Shown here piece by piece: positions 11,482 to 22,490 of a DNA stretch of 64,000 bases (position 1 is its first letter; the number at the start of each line of letters is the position of its first letter). A program made the position numbers and the translations under genes. The notes under the pieces are model-generated. The model ran no database searches, was not told where the DNA came from, and saw nothing but the letters and a program-made list of their open reading frames with translations. The DNA comes from Callorhinchus milii. Taxonomy: Eukaryota. The stretch covers positions 41,356,001-41,420,000 of the forward strand of contig NW_024704743.1 in the NCBI RefSeq assembly GCF_018977255.1. The letters are read 5' to 3'.

Positions 11482-13275
11482 GCAACAACAACAACAACAA
11501 CATTACATTTGTGTAGCGCCTTTCACATTGGGAGGAAGTCCCAAGGCACTGCACAGTCACAGATTCGGATCTGAACTGGGAGTCGGGATCGGGGAGGGTG
11601 GAGGGCAGGGGGGGAAGCAGGGAGAACAAAAACACAGTCGAAGAGGAGGGTCTTGAGATGGATCTTGAAAGAGGCGAGGGAGGGGGCAAAGTGGACGGAC
11701 TGTGGGTGGAATTCCAGAGAGTGGGGACATAGTGGCTGAAGGCCCGCCCACCAATGGCGAGGCGGGGGAACGTGAAGCAGGCCGGAGCCCACTGAGCGGA
11801 GGGAATGGGCAGGCAGCTAAGGGGCTAGAACGTCTCAGAGGTAGGGGGGAACAAGACCATGGAGAGCTTTGAAGTTGAGGACGAGAATCATGAACTGTAT
11901 CCTTTGTGTGATGGGAAGCCAGTGGAGTCGGGTGATAATGGGGTGAAAGTGTCCTGGTGTGAGAGAGGACACGGGCTGCAGAATTCCGGCTAATCTGCAG
12001 CCTACGGTGGGAGGAGTTGGGGTGGCTGACATGCAAGGAGTTTGCATAGTCAAGCCTTGATGTAATGAAAGCATGTATGAGGGTCTTGATGGCCTGAGGT
12101 GTGAGACAGCGGTGGAGCGGGCGATGTTGCGAAGGTGGGGGAAGGCAGAGCGGGTCATGGCACAGATGCGGAGTAGAAAGGATAGTTGAGGGTCAAACAA
12201 GACACTAAGTTTCTGGACTGCTTAGTAAGGTGGAGTATGCAACCATGGATAGTGTTGCTGTCAGTGCTTGAGGTATGGAGGCGCTGAAGGGAGCCAATCA
12301 GAAGACCCTCAGTCTTGTTGACGTTCAACTGAAAAAAGTTAGCTCTCATCCAGAACTTGATGTCTGACAGTGGTCCTGGAGTCAAGAAAAGAGGCATAGA
12401 GGTAGAGTTAGGTATCATTCGCATACATGTGGAAGTTGACCCCATATCTGCGGATAATGTCACCAAGAGGGAGCATATAGATATTGAAGAGGAGGGGATC
12501 AAGGGCAGAGCCCTGAGGAATTCCACACGAGATGGCGCGGAGGCTAGAGGAGAAACCATTTGTGAAGATGGTGTGAGAGATATGATCTGTACCAGTCAAG
12601 GACAGAGCTGCGAAGGTTGAGATGAGAGGAGAGGCAATGGATGAGGATAGAGTGTTCGACGGTGTTGAAGGCAGCAAAGAGGTCAAGGAGGACAAGGAGG
12701 CAGAGGGAGCCCTCGTCTCATTTGGACAAATTGTCATTTTTCACTTTGCCTAGGGCTGTTTCTGTGCTGTGGGCTGCACGGAAACCCAATTGGAGAGGTT
12801 CATGAAACGCGTTGCGGGAGAGGAAGGAGTGAAGCTGGGAAACAACAATTTATTCCATGACCTTGGAGAGAAAAGCGAGGTTGGAGATGGGGCAGTAGTT
12901 TGAGAGTACAGATAGGTCCAGAGAGGGTTTTTTAAGGATAGGAGTGATGACGGCCTTTTTTAATGGGTTGGGAACAGCACCAATGGACAGGGAGAGGTTT
13001 ATGATGTCTGTTAGTAGGAGGGCAAGGAGGTGGAGTTAGGAGGTAAGTAGAGAGGTAGGGATGGGGTTGAGGGAGCAGGTCGGTTTCATACGGGTTATGG
13101 TGGTGGCGAGAGAAGAGTAGGAGACACGATCATAGGTGTGGAGGGAAGGATGGATAGGGGCAGGGTGGTAGAGAGAGAAGGGGAGGGTGTAGTAGACAGA
13201 ATCGCAGAGGCAGCTGAGCGAATCCCCTCAACTTTGGATTCAAGGAAGTTCAGCATCGCCTCACATTTGGCATTG
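11482..13275 (-). mobile_element. 5'-truncated L2 LINE (about 1.8 kb) with disrupted reverse transcriptase
   Basis: GIPQGSALDPLLFNIYMLPLGDIIRRYGVNFHMYANDT, DIKFWMRANFFQLNVNKTE, LHWLPITQRIQFMILVL, FKIHLKTLLF; multiple frameshifts; (TTG)n tail. Confidence 0.95.
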
Positions 13276-13639
13276 GAAGTGCTTTGAGATGTCCTCCTGA
13301 TAGGCAAGGCACTATATAAATGTAAATTGTTTTGAATGTAACACACAGTGGTTCTGGTAGAGATAAATCAACAGATTAGGGTAGTCATCTCTTTATGGCT
13401 ATCAGAAGCATGAAATTGAAGTAGTAACAAGGGACTTTTTTCAAACATTATTTCCTTTACAAAACCAACAAGCAGTCACCAATTTATTTGATTGAACACA
13501 CTTCTGAAGTACTCGTGCATTACTCTCAGGATATGGAGGATTTTTTAATATTAATGACAATAATTTCATGATGTCTTTCCTTAGGACGTTAGTGAGATGC
13601 TTAATTCATGGAATTTTACTGCGGAAGCATCCTCACTAA

Positions 13640-13790
13640 GTATTTGTAGATGAACACAGTAGCAAATTTGTGAACAGCAATGTCCCACAATCAGCCATAC
13701 AGGGAATGAATAATTTTATCTGAGGATTGTTGGCGAGGACACAGGGGAAACTCTTCTCTTTACGAATAGTGCAATGGTCACCTCTAAAAC
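13640..13790 (-). mobile_element. DeuSINE fragment
   Basis: CAGCAATGTCCCACAA...TTGTTGGCGAGGACACAGGGGAAACTC...GAATAGTGC. Confidence 0.7.
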
Positions 13791-14109
13791 TAATTCCAAA
13801 AGAGGTTTTTGGTAGGGCTTGGAGTTGAAGTAATGCTTTTCAAATTACATTTAAACTGTACTTTTAGCATCAATTCAATCTAGCAATCAAACCAAATCAT
13901 TGATGTCTCTCCAATATAAAAGGGCATAAACCTTTTCAAACCGTAATGTTCCTAGTTCTATTTCTTAAATTTCTTTCCAAATGATAAAACAGCTCACATT
14001 GAGGTAATGTGTCAATTTAACCTTAACCAAGCCTAATCTGCAATTATTATTGTAACAGGATTATTTAGCAGTGAATCCCATCAGGATTCCTATCATCTAT
14101 CGATACTAT

Positions 14110-14545
14110 GGATGAGGTTCTTTAAATATTTGGAGACTGGAGAGACAGAGATTGTTCTCCTTAGAGCAGAGAGGATATTTAATAGAGGTGCTCAAAATTA
14201 TGAGGGGTTTTGATAGAGTAAATAGGCAGAAAGTATTTCTTCCAGTGGGTGGGTCAGTAACCAAAGGATTCAGATTTAAGATAATTGCCAAAGGAACCAG
14301 AGACGGGGAGAATTTTTTTTTATCTAAAGAGTTGTTACGATCTGGAATGCCCTGCCTGAAAGGGTGCTGCAAGTCAATGTTTTCAATAGTAGCTTTCAAA
14401 AGGAAATTGGACTTTTGAAAGGGAAAGCATTGCAGGGCTCTGGAGTAAGAGCAGGAGAGTGGGACTAGTTGGAGGCTCCTTCAAAGAGCCGGCACAGGCA
14501 AGATTGTCTGAATCGCCTCCTTCTGTGCTATAACATTCTATGATG
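14110..14545 (+). mobile_element. CR1 LINE 3' end
   Basis: LFSLEQRGYLIEVLKIMRGFDRV...WNALP...AFKRKLD; tail CCTCCTTCTGTGCTATAACATTCTATGA. Confidence 0.9.
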
Positions 14546-14599
14546 ACTGGCAGGAACTCTGCTGTGCATTGGAGTTTTTGGTGGTTCATGCAACATACT

Positions 14600-14906
14600 T
14601 AATAATAATAATAATCCTTGCATTTGATATAGCGCTTTTCACGTCTTCTAGACATCCCAAAGCGCTTCACAGAATATACTGTAAAGTGAATTGACTTTAT
14701 ATTTGTGGGCGAACGCGGCAGCCAATTGCGCACAGCAATGTCCCACAAACAGTCGTGGATTGAAAATGACCAATTTATCATTGTTTTGTTTTTTGGCGGG
14801 ACTATTATTAGGCGTGTGGAGTAAGGAAACTTGCCCAAGGTTTTGCCCTGTCTGGAATTGAAGTCAGGTCTCTCACTTGCAAAGCGAGTGCTCTAACCAC
14901 TGAGCT
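14600..14906 (-). mobile_element. Young SINE, short (internally deleted) form
   Basis: Complete head and tail; lacks the TTTACCTAGCAGTAAGTAGG block present in 1311-1687. Confidence 0.9.
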
Positions 14907-15784
14907 CGCTCTACTTCTGGTTAACGGAAAGAGACCCACCCCCCCCTCATGCTCAGCTGTTTATTAAGTAAATCAGTTAAAGAGTACCACAAATTAGACC
15001 CAATAAATCTTCATAGAACTCCCACTACATAACACCAAAGCAAGAATTACAGAGCAAACAGAACTAGCTGTACCGAAGTAAACTCTAACTGAGGTAGATT
15101 GCACATAAATCAAGTGGAGCTCCGCTGAGAAAGAATGGCAATATGTTTATAAAATTAAAGTTTTTTTTGTTTGTATGACAATACTTATTAAAATGTTAAA
15201 GGCCTAAGGCAACACAAACTGGTTTTCAATTCCCTCCAGATATTTTTTTAAATTAGTGCAAGTTTTATTTTGTTGTCATTGATTTCATAAACATTCGTCA
15301 GCATACAAACACACTCACAAGGGGCAGCTTAAGGTAACAACTAATGAAACTAATGAAACTGTGGCAAGTAATTAGTTTCAGATTAAAATGCAAAACATTA
15401 AAATTTGCATCCCAGCATTGGATGATTAAAATGACAACTGGCTCAACGGCATGACTTTTATCTAACTATAATACTCCAGTGGTTTGTTTAGTGTTGCAGG
15501 AGCAGTCCTGGTACAACAAAGCAAAAAAAAGTTTCAATATTATTTAAAGCTGTTGAATATTCAATATTGTCGAGGAGACTTATGTTAAAAATTATGACAT
15601 GTGATGTGTTAATTGTCATTGGAGTGATCGCAAAATCAATAACTAAAGACGACAATGTGGGTATGATTCCCAACCCCACACACACACAATTTTATGACAA
15701 TGGTTGGTCTGAAGCTACACCTATTGTACATTTGTCCTGCTAAGCACAACAATAAGAGTGATAGGTTTGTGGGAAATTGGTTTA

Positions 15785-16157
15785 ACTCACAGTCTGAACT
15801 AATGCTCTGGTGAATCACTGGGTAAGTGTTGCATTCTTGAAGGTGGTATCCTTTGGATACAACATTAAACTAAGATCCTGCTTGCCTGTCCAAGTGAACA
15901 TTAAAAACCACAGGTATACATTATTAAAATAGTAGATACTGTTTAAAAAGAGAATGGAGTTGAGTTTCTCTTGGTGTCTCCATCAACAATCCCTCAAATA
16001 AACTGATTATTTACTTTATGGCTATCTGTGGGACATTATTATGTTCAAACTGGTAGTCATGTTCACCCAGAAATACATAGTCACTGAACTTTACATTGAT
16101 TACATGTGGTATTTCTATGTTATCCATGCTGTATCAAATGTAAAGATTACTATTACT
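15785..16157 (+). mobile_element. DeuSINE
   Basis: CTTTGGAT...TTAAAC...GCCTGTCCAAGTGAACATTAAA...TGTGGGACATT...GTATCAAATGTAAAGATTA. Confidence 0.75.
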
Positions 16158-16164
16158 AACTCAC

Positions 16165-16412
16165 CAATATTAAGCCAGTACCCAGTTGATAAGCTACTCG
16201 ACTGTGATGGACATCAAACATAGACTAAAGATTTCCTCACGGAAAGCCAACACAATGCTCGTTCTCCAGAATGGGACTCTAAACACTCATGCAGGCTCCA
16301 GAGCTAATTCTCCCCCTCCCTGACTAACTCAGAGGCAATTGTAATGCCCCAGTCACAATCCAACTGAGATCAATCAAGTTAGCACCGATCAATGATCAAA
16401 GTGAACCTGGAG
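16165..16412 (-). mobile_element. Second LF-SINE-like relic
   Basis: AAGCTACTCGAC...GCTAATTCTCCCCCTCCC...GAGGCAATTGTAATGCCCC...CTGAGATCA..AAGTTAGCAC...GAACCTGG. Confidence 0.55.
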
Positions 16413-16439
16413 GTATTCAGCAATGTTATCGTGGATAGA

Positions 16440-16624
16440 CAAGCCTTTCCTCTGGAATTATTCCATATACTCCATAGGAGTTTGTTGGACATAGCTGTGT
16501 CCAAATTGATTGTTGCATGAACCCACGCAATACATAGTCACACCACTTTACATTATATACTGTAAAGTCCTTTGAGACATTTCAATGGTGTGAGCAGGCG
16601 CCATATGGAATGCAAGGATTATCA
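16440..16624 (+). mobile_element. DeuSINE 3' fragment
   Basis: TTTGTTGGACATAGCTGTG...AAAGTCCTTTGAGACAT...AATGCAAGGATTATC. Confidence 0.7.
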
Positions 16625-17630
16625 TGCTTAAAATTTTGTTAAATTTTTATGTATATTTTCAGAATCCAGAATTACTATTTTTCTGTTTGCATCATCTCAT
16701 TATGTGTTCTGTAGCTGGGACCTACAACCTTCCCACTTTGTCTGAAATCAAATACTGTAAGTTCTCACTCCTCTGGGCCCTGGAACTCCATGCTACCGAA
16801 TTACTTTGGTATCTTGAGGGTTAAGTGAATGTCAATAAAATTTACTGAGAAACAAGTAAAAGGAAGCGAGTAATCAACATTTATAAAAAAGAAACACTGG
16901 AAAAGACTATCCTAGATGAGTCACCATTCAACTTGCAGTGACAATTTATCAAACTATTATAGATTTGGAAATCAGTCAGAAATGTGATTGGTAACAATGT
17001 CATCAGCATAAAAAGAGCTGTGCAATAACTGTGGATAGCTCAACTCTTTTTTTGACTGATTAGTGTCTGACCTTTGCTCATTCAGCACAAATCATCCATT
17101 AAAAAAACTCAAATACGTTTGTTGGAGAGATATTGGCTGATCTACAAGTCAAATGCATCTAACCACCCATTATTCTAGACTTTTTACAAAATTTGTATAT
17201 GATTTCAAGGTCATTGTAAGAATATTTAGTTAAAATTTAGCATTCATACCTCACTCAAAGGCCATCATGTTGGTTTCTGATTCAATTTCGATATCAGCAT
17301 TTAAACTATTTTAGTTTTTAATAAGCTTGGTTTGAATTGATTTTGCATAGAATAATTTTTCTCATAGAATTGTATTGTAAAATTAGATACAGAGAATAGT
17401 TAGCTTGCATTTGACCTTTAACTAGACTGCAGTGCTATTACTTGAGGCAAACAAGCTAACATCCATAGAGACTCCAACAATCCTGCAATATGATTTTACA
17501 GCTCATCAACTGCACCTTTCATGAACGACTTTGCTCATCAGGCTTTATAAGCTTGACGTGACATTCATTTACAGAAGCACCACAAGTTTTACCTCTTATT
17601 ATTCTGGATACCAAAGTATTTGAGGTTATG

Positions 17631-18010
17631 ATAATAATAATAATCCTTGCATTTGATACAGTGCTTATCATGTCATTGAGACATCTCAAAGCACTTCACA
17701 GATTATACTGTAAAGTGAATTGACTGTACATTTTCTGGGTGAAACGCAGCAGCCAATTGTGCACAGCAGTGTCCCACAAATAATCGTGGATTGATTTATT
17801 TATTTCTAATTTATTTATTTTTGAAGGGATTATTACCCCTGTAAAAGCGATCCGCTAATCGACTAACAAACACATGCTTACTTATTGCTAGGTGAACAGA
17901 GGCATATGGAGTAAGGAAACTTGCCCAACATTTTGTCTTGCCTGGGAATCGAACCTAGGTCCTTTCACTTGTGAGGTGAGTGCTCTAACCACTAAGCTAC
18001 AGGACTCCAC
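17631..18010 (-). mobile_element. Young SINE, long form, full length
   Basis: Reverse complement of 1311-1687 from tail to head GTGGAGTCCTGTAGCT. Confidence 0.9.
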
Positions 18011-18300
18011 AACAACAACTTTTATAGCACCCTCCACTTCAGATAGTATCACAGAGCGCTGCGCAGAGGAGAGTTGGATGCCGAGCAAGTGGGAGGTAAC
18101 CATAGGTGCAGTTGAAGAGATAAATTTTAAAATGGGATTAAAAATATGAGGGCAAGGCAGAGAGATTGAGGCAGGGAGTTTCAGACTTTAGGAGCACAGT
18201 GACTAAAGGTGCAGCCACCAATGGTTGGGTTGGGGGGATACACAGCAGGCCTGTGCCATTAGACCATAGTGGGCCATCAGAGGATTGGGGTACATGATTT
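18011..18300 (-). mobile_element. L2 LINE 3' end
   Basis: (CAA)n then TTTATAGCACC...CAGAGCGC; purine-rich L2 3' body. Confidence 0.7.
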
Positions 18301-19988
18301 AAATTATTTATTTGTTTAATTATTTATTTAAATTAAAATTCAAGCATGCACTTGAAATAACTTGATTCTTGTTTTTAGTTCAAATACAGAATATTAATAA
18401 AATCACAAAGCAAACTGTCTGTAAGAAGCCACCATGGCTATCTGTGTGCCGGACCTGAATTAACGGTATATAATACATACAGTAATTTCCTCAAGGCCAT
18501 TCAACAAGCAGGTCATTTCATTGGTGTATGACAATTCTGCTCAAAGCTGCTGTGAGCTCATTAATTCCTCTTGACCACTTTCACCACGGGAAGCTTCAGC
18601 ACTTACAGAGCATCCAACACTGGTCACCAAAGGAAATTAGCTGATCATTAATTTTTTGTAACAAGTTGCATTTGCACAATATCTTTCATTCAGAGTCATT
18701 TATTGGAATACTTTACACGAGTGTTGCCGAGGAGGGACGATCAGATGATCAACTCCACGTATTTTGCCAAAGGTAAAGATAAAACTGTCTTGGATAAGAC
18801 TGTTCTGCACTCACTACCCCCAAAAGGAAACAAACCAATTTTTTAACCATGTCATGCAAATACAGCCTGCAGAATATCCAACTCTGTAAGCAAGGTAATC
18901 ACAGTCACCTACAAAAAACAGTCAGTTCACAGTAATAATAGTTGTTGTAATGTTAATTCTTCCATTTGATATAGCATCTGATCACATCGTTGAGATTCAA
19001 AGCACTTCACAGATTTTTTTTAAGAACAACAGCAAAATTGCACTTGTATAGCTCATTTCACATTGGGAGGAAGTCTCAAAGCATAAAGTGGATTCACTGT
19101 ATATTTTGTGGGTGGAACACGACATCCAATTGTGTTAAATTCTGCAAAGCATTTTGAAATGTACTCTTGACATGAAAGGGGCTGATGAAGGGTTTATTTA
19201 TTTTATTTTATTATTTATTTTCCCCCAAAGCTATTTAATTTTGTGTGTTCTAAATAAACAATTAATGAAAACTGTAACGAGGTATGTATTAAGTCAGGCG
19301 GTTGTGTCACCAATTGACTGAACAAACTCCCAGCTATCTGCAATCACAATCTCCGAGCCTTTCAAGCGCAGCACTGAATCTGCACAAAGGTGATGATGTG
19401 CATAAATGATTGTGACTGCGGCTTCTCAGTCTGTCAAAAATCATCAAAAGCGGCCACAGCAATTAGGTGGTTAAATGGTATTTAATAGTTTATGATGAGT
19501 TAATGATTGCATCACCCCCCCTTTTGTCATAATTTATCATAATTATCAGCAAATTAGTGTTTTGTTTTTCTTCATTATTTGAAATCTAGCAAAATAATCA
19601 ACGTTGCAATTCTACATGTCCTTTCCAGCTGTGATGGATCGGGTAGCTATTTAAGGCTTTTAATTTGGCTAACTTTCCTATACTGAGCAAATTTTATGTG
19701 GAAGTATGCATTATGTAGGAGAGGGGATGCTGTGGTGAGATACATCAGATAAAAATGATAAAAATTAAAGGTACTTGGGATTGTATCATCCCAGTAATTA
19801 ACATCCAAACTTTATCCTATTAATCCAATTAGTCCCCAACCTTAACACAAGTATTTTATCAACTGTAGGGTGTTTTCATGGTTAATATATGCTAAGTTTC
19901 AAAAATCATTTCTGTATGATTTCTAATTACAATATTTATTACAATATTTTATACCAAATATTTTCCCACCTTACTGATGGGCATGGGA

Positions 19989-20492
19989 CAACAACAATTT
20001 GACATTTGTTATTCAGTTCCTTTCGAGTCAAGTTGATGTCCCAAAATGCTTCATAGAGCCAATTGGGAGCCTGAGTTGAGGAAGGTTGGAAGGGAGGGAA
20101 AGATGGCGAAAAGAGAGGTTGAAATGAAAGGTCTTATGGACACAGATGGGGAGGGAGTGGGCAAGGCAGAGGAACTCCAGGACAGAATTCCAGAGAGCAC
20201 AGCAGAACAGCTGAAAGCTCACTCACTGACGGTGGGGTGGGTTGATTTCCGCAGGAAACATGATCAGGTGTACCCTGAGCAGAGAGAGCGGCCAGGGCTG
20301 CAGTGTTTCCATGTGTTTTGTTCCATACTCAGCCTACCTCAAGAAAGGATTGCCAGAGGTTGCAGAGGTAGGCTGAGCGAGGCCATGGAGGGATTTGAAT
20401 GTGAGGCAAGGATCTTGAATTCGATCCACTGGGTGATGAAAAGCCAGTGGATCTGAACGAGGATGGTGATGGTAAGATCACAGAGCCTGCAT
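19989..20492 (-). mobile_element. L2 LINE 3' portion
   Basis: Minus ORF ILVQIHWLFITQWIEFKIL; tail at about 19990. Confidence 0.8.
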
Positions 20493-21282
20493 ACATACAA
20501 GAAGCTTTCCTTGAGTTGAAATGATACACATTTGTTAATAAAACGTGTAATGAAAAATGCAAGTCTAAATATCAATTTCAAATTTGTGCTTCTCCTAATT
20601 CAGTGCCGTTGAATCATTCCTGGCATGCCTGATTGGTGATGTGATAATATTGAACAGTTGATTTGTAGGTGCTAGAACCAATTATTTAAACTTAAATTGT
20701 TTAATTTAAATCATTCTAAGGCTACTATTCAGGCAACAAAGTTCCAAAGTTCTGCTGCTATTTGTTTACTACCTCTGTAAATGTTCTGTATCATGCTCAG
20801 TATGATTTCATTATTCTAGAGTTAAGATCATGTTTAAATATAATTCATACCAAAGAAGGAACTTGCATTTTTGATTCCTTATCACGTTGAAACATCTCAA
20901 AGGGCTTCATAGGCAATTAATCTCAAGCACAGTGACTGCTTTTGAAGGCAAACCCTGCCAAACACCTTATGTTTGAAGGCACAGAAAAAGAAGCTCACAT
21001 TTAGAGAAAATGTTTGATCTGGAAGATAGGTGTATGATAAGTGAATCCAAGTGTGCTCAGCATGGAATGATTCAAGCACACATGGAAAAGGGGCGGGTGA
21101 GAAGTTTAGAAAAGTTTGATTACTTACTGTTGATCTGATTCTTTTTTTACACACATTCTCACTATTATAACTTTGCTATTGATTTTTCTGTGCTGGTCCA
21201 AACATGCCTCCCAAAATCCCAGTATAAAATCCCATATGTTGGGTTGAATTCACAATTTCTTCACTTAAGTCATTCTTCCCCA

Positions 21283-21348
21283 AGCACTATGTATCAAATG
21301 CAAGGATTATTATTATTATTATTATTATTAATATTATTATTATTATTA
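21283..21348 (+). repeat. SINE tail with expanded (TTA)n microsatellite
   Basis: GTATCAAATGCAAGG followed by about 14 TTA units. Confidence 0.85.
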
Positions 21349-21359
21349 TGTTGGATCTT

Positions 21360-21685
21360 TGGAATCAAAGGGTAGCCTGAAACTTCAATATGGTGCTGGG
21401 TGTGCACTGCATATTCAGAGGTACCATACTTTGGATAAGACATTAAGCTGAGGTCCTGTCTTCCTATTCAGATGAAGTTGAAGATCCCATAGCACCATTC
21501 GAAAATAGAGGGGAGTTTCTCCCGGTGTTGTGGCCAACAATCCTCGAAATAAAATTGATCATTCGCTTCATGGCTGTTTGTGGGACCTTGCTGTGCACAA
21601 ATAGGTGGCCACATTTGCCAACAAATACACAGTTACTATATTTCTCTCAACGTGAAAGCTGCTATATCAAATCCAAGGATTATAA
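21360..21685 (+). mobile_element. DeuSINE
   Basis: AAGATCCCATAGCACCATTCGAA...GGGAGTTTCTCCCGGTGTTGTGGCCAAC...CTGTTTGTGGGACCTTGCTGTG. Confidence 0.8.
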
Positions 21686-22019
21686 TGAAATACTTTGAAT
21701 ATGGTACTCCTTAACTCTCTCTTCCAATTTAGAGACATTCAAAATCCATTCAAAACCCAACCTTAACTATTATTTTTTGATTTATGTAATCAGTTCTGTT
21801 GCTTTAAACTTTGGTGATGTCCTGGAATATGAGTCTTACCCTTCCCCTACACAGACAATAGCCCAAATTATCTTCTTCTGTGCTGTATATTTCTGTGGTT
21901 CCATACTGTGGTTCAAATCTTATGATCACTTCAACTTCTTCATCTGTTTAAATGAGGTATAGTCATGCTTAGAAACTCTGTCCACTGTGCTCAATAGAAT
22001 GGCATGCTTATCAAAGGAC

Positions 22020-22130
22020 AAGTTTAAGACAAGTAGAGTATTTCTTTACACGGAGAGTAATCAACAGGGAACAGGTAACCTTGAAGTGTAATTGAGGCAG
22101 GGACATTGCATTCATTTATGAAACATCTTC
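22020..22130 (+). mobile_element. CR1 C-terminal fragment
   Basis: TTTCTTTACACGGAGAGTAATCAAC (FFTRRVIN). Confidence 0.5.
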
Positions 22131-22309
22131 TTGCTACAGACGTGATATTCTTGGATGATAGGATGAATTGAACTGGAGCCTTCTTCATCTGTAGTTTTCT
22201 TAGGTATTTCTGGGATAAAAACACAATTCAATGCTGTTATTCAAGGGAAAATTATCCAAGGAAACCTACTGGTAAAACAGAAAAGTCGAAATCCAACATC
22301 TATTTATAA

Positions 22310-22490
22310 TAACAGTAATAATCCTTGCATTTGATCTGGCGCCTTATAATAATAATCCTTGCATTTGATATAGCGCTTTTCACATCTTCTCGATGTCTCA
22401 AAGCACTTCACAGAACAGACTGTGAAGTGAACTGACCGTATATTTGTGGGCAAAACGCGACAGCCAATTGCGCACAACAGTGTCGCACAA
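22310..22490 (-). mobile_element. Young SINE 3' half with duplicated tail
   Basis: TAATAATCCTTGCATTTGAT occurs twice in tandem. Confidence 0.85.

Noticed and set aside
11000..13346. Dense cluster of 70-159 aa ORFs on both strands
   Set aside because: Fragments and antisense frames of frameshifted L2 elements.
14599..14838. Recurrent ORFs ending YIKCKDYYYY or containing QMQGLLLL
   Set aside because: Translations of the SINE tail and (ATT)n repeat, not a protein family.
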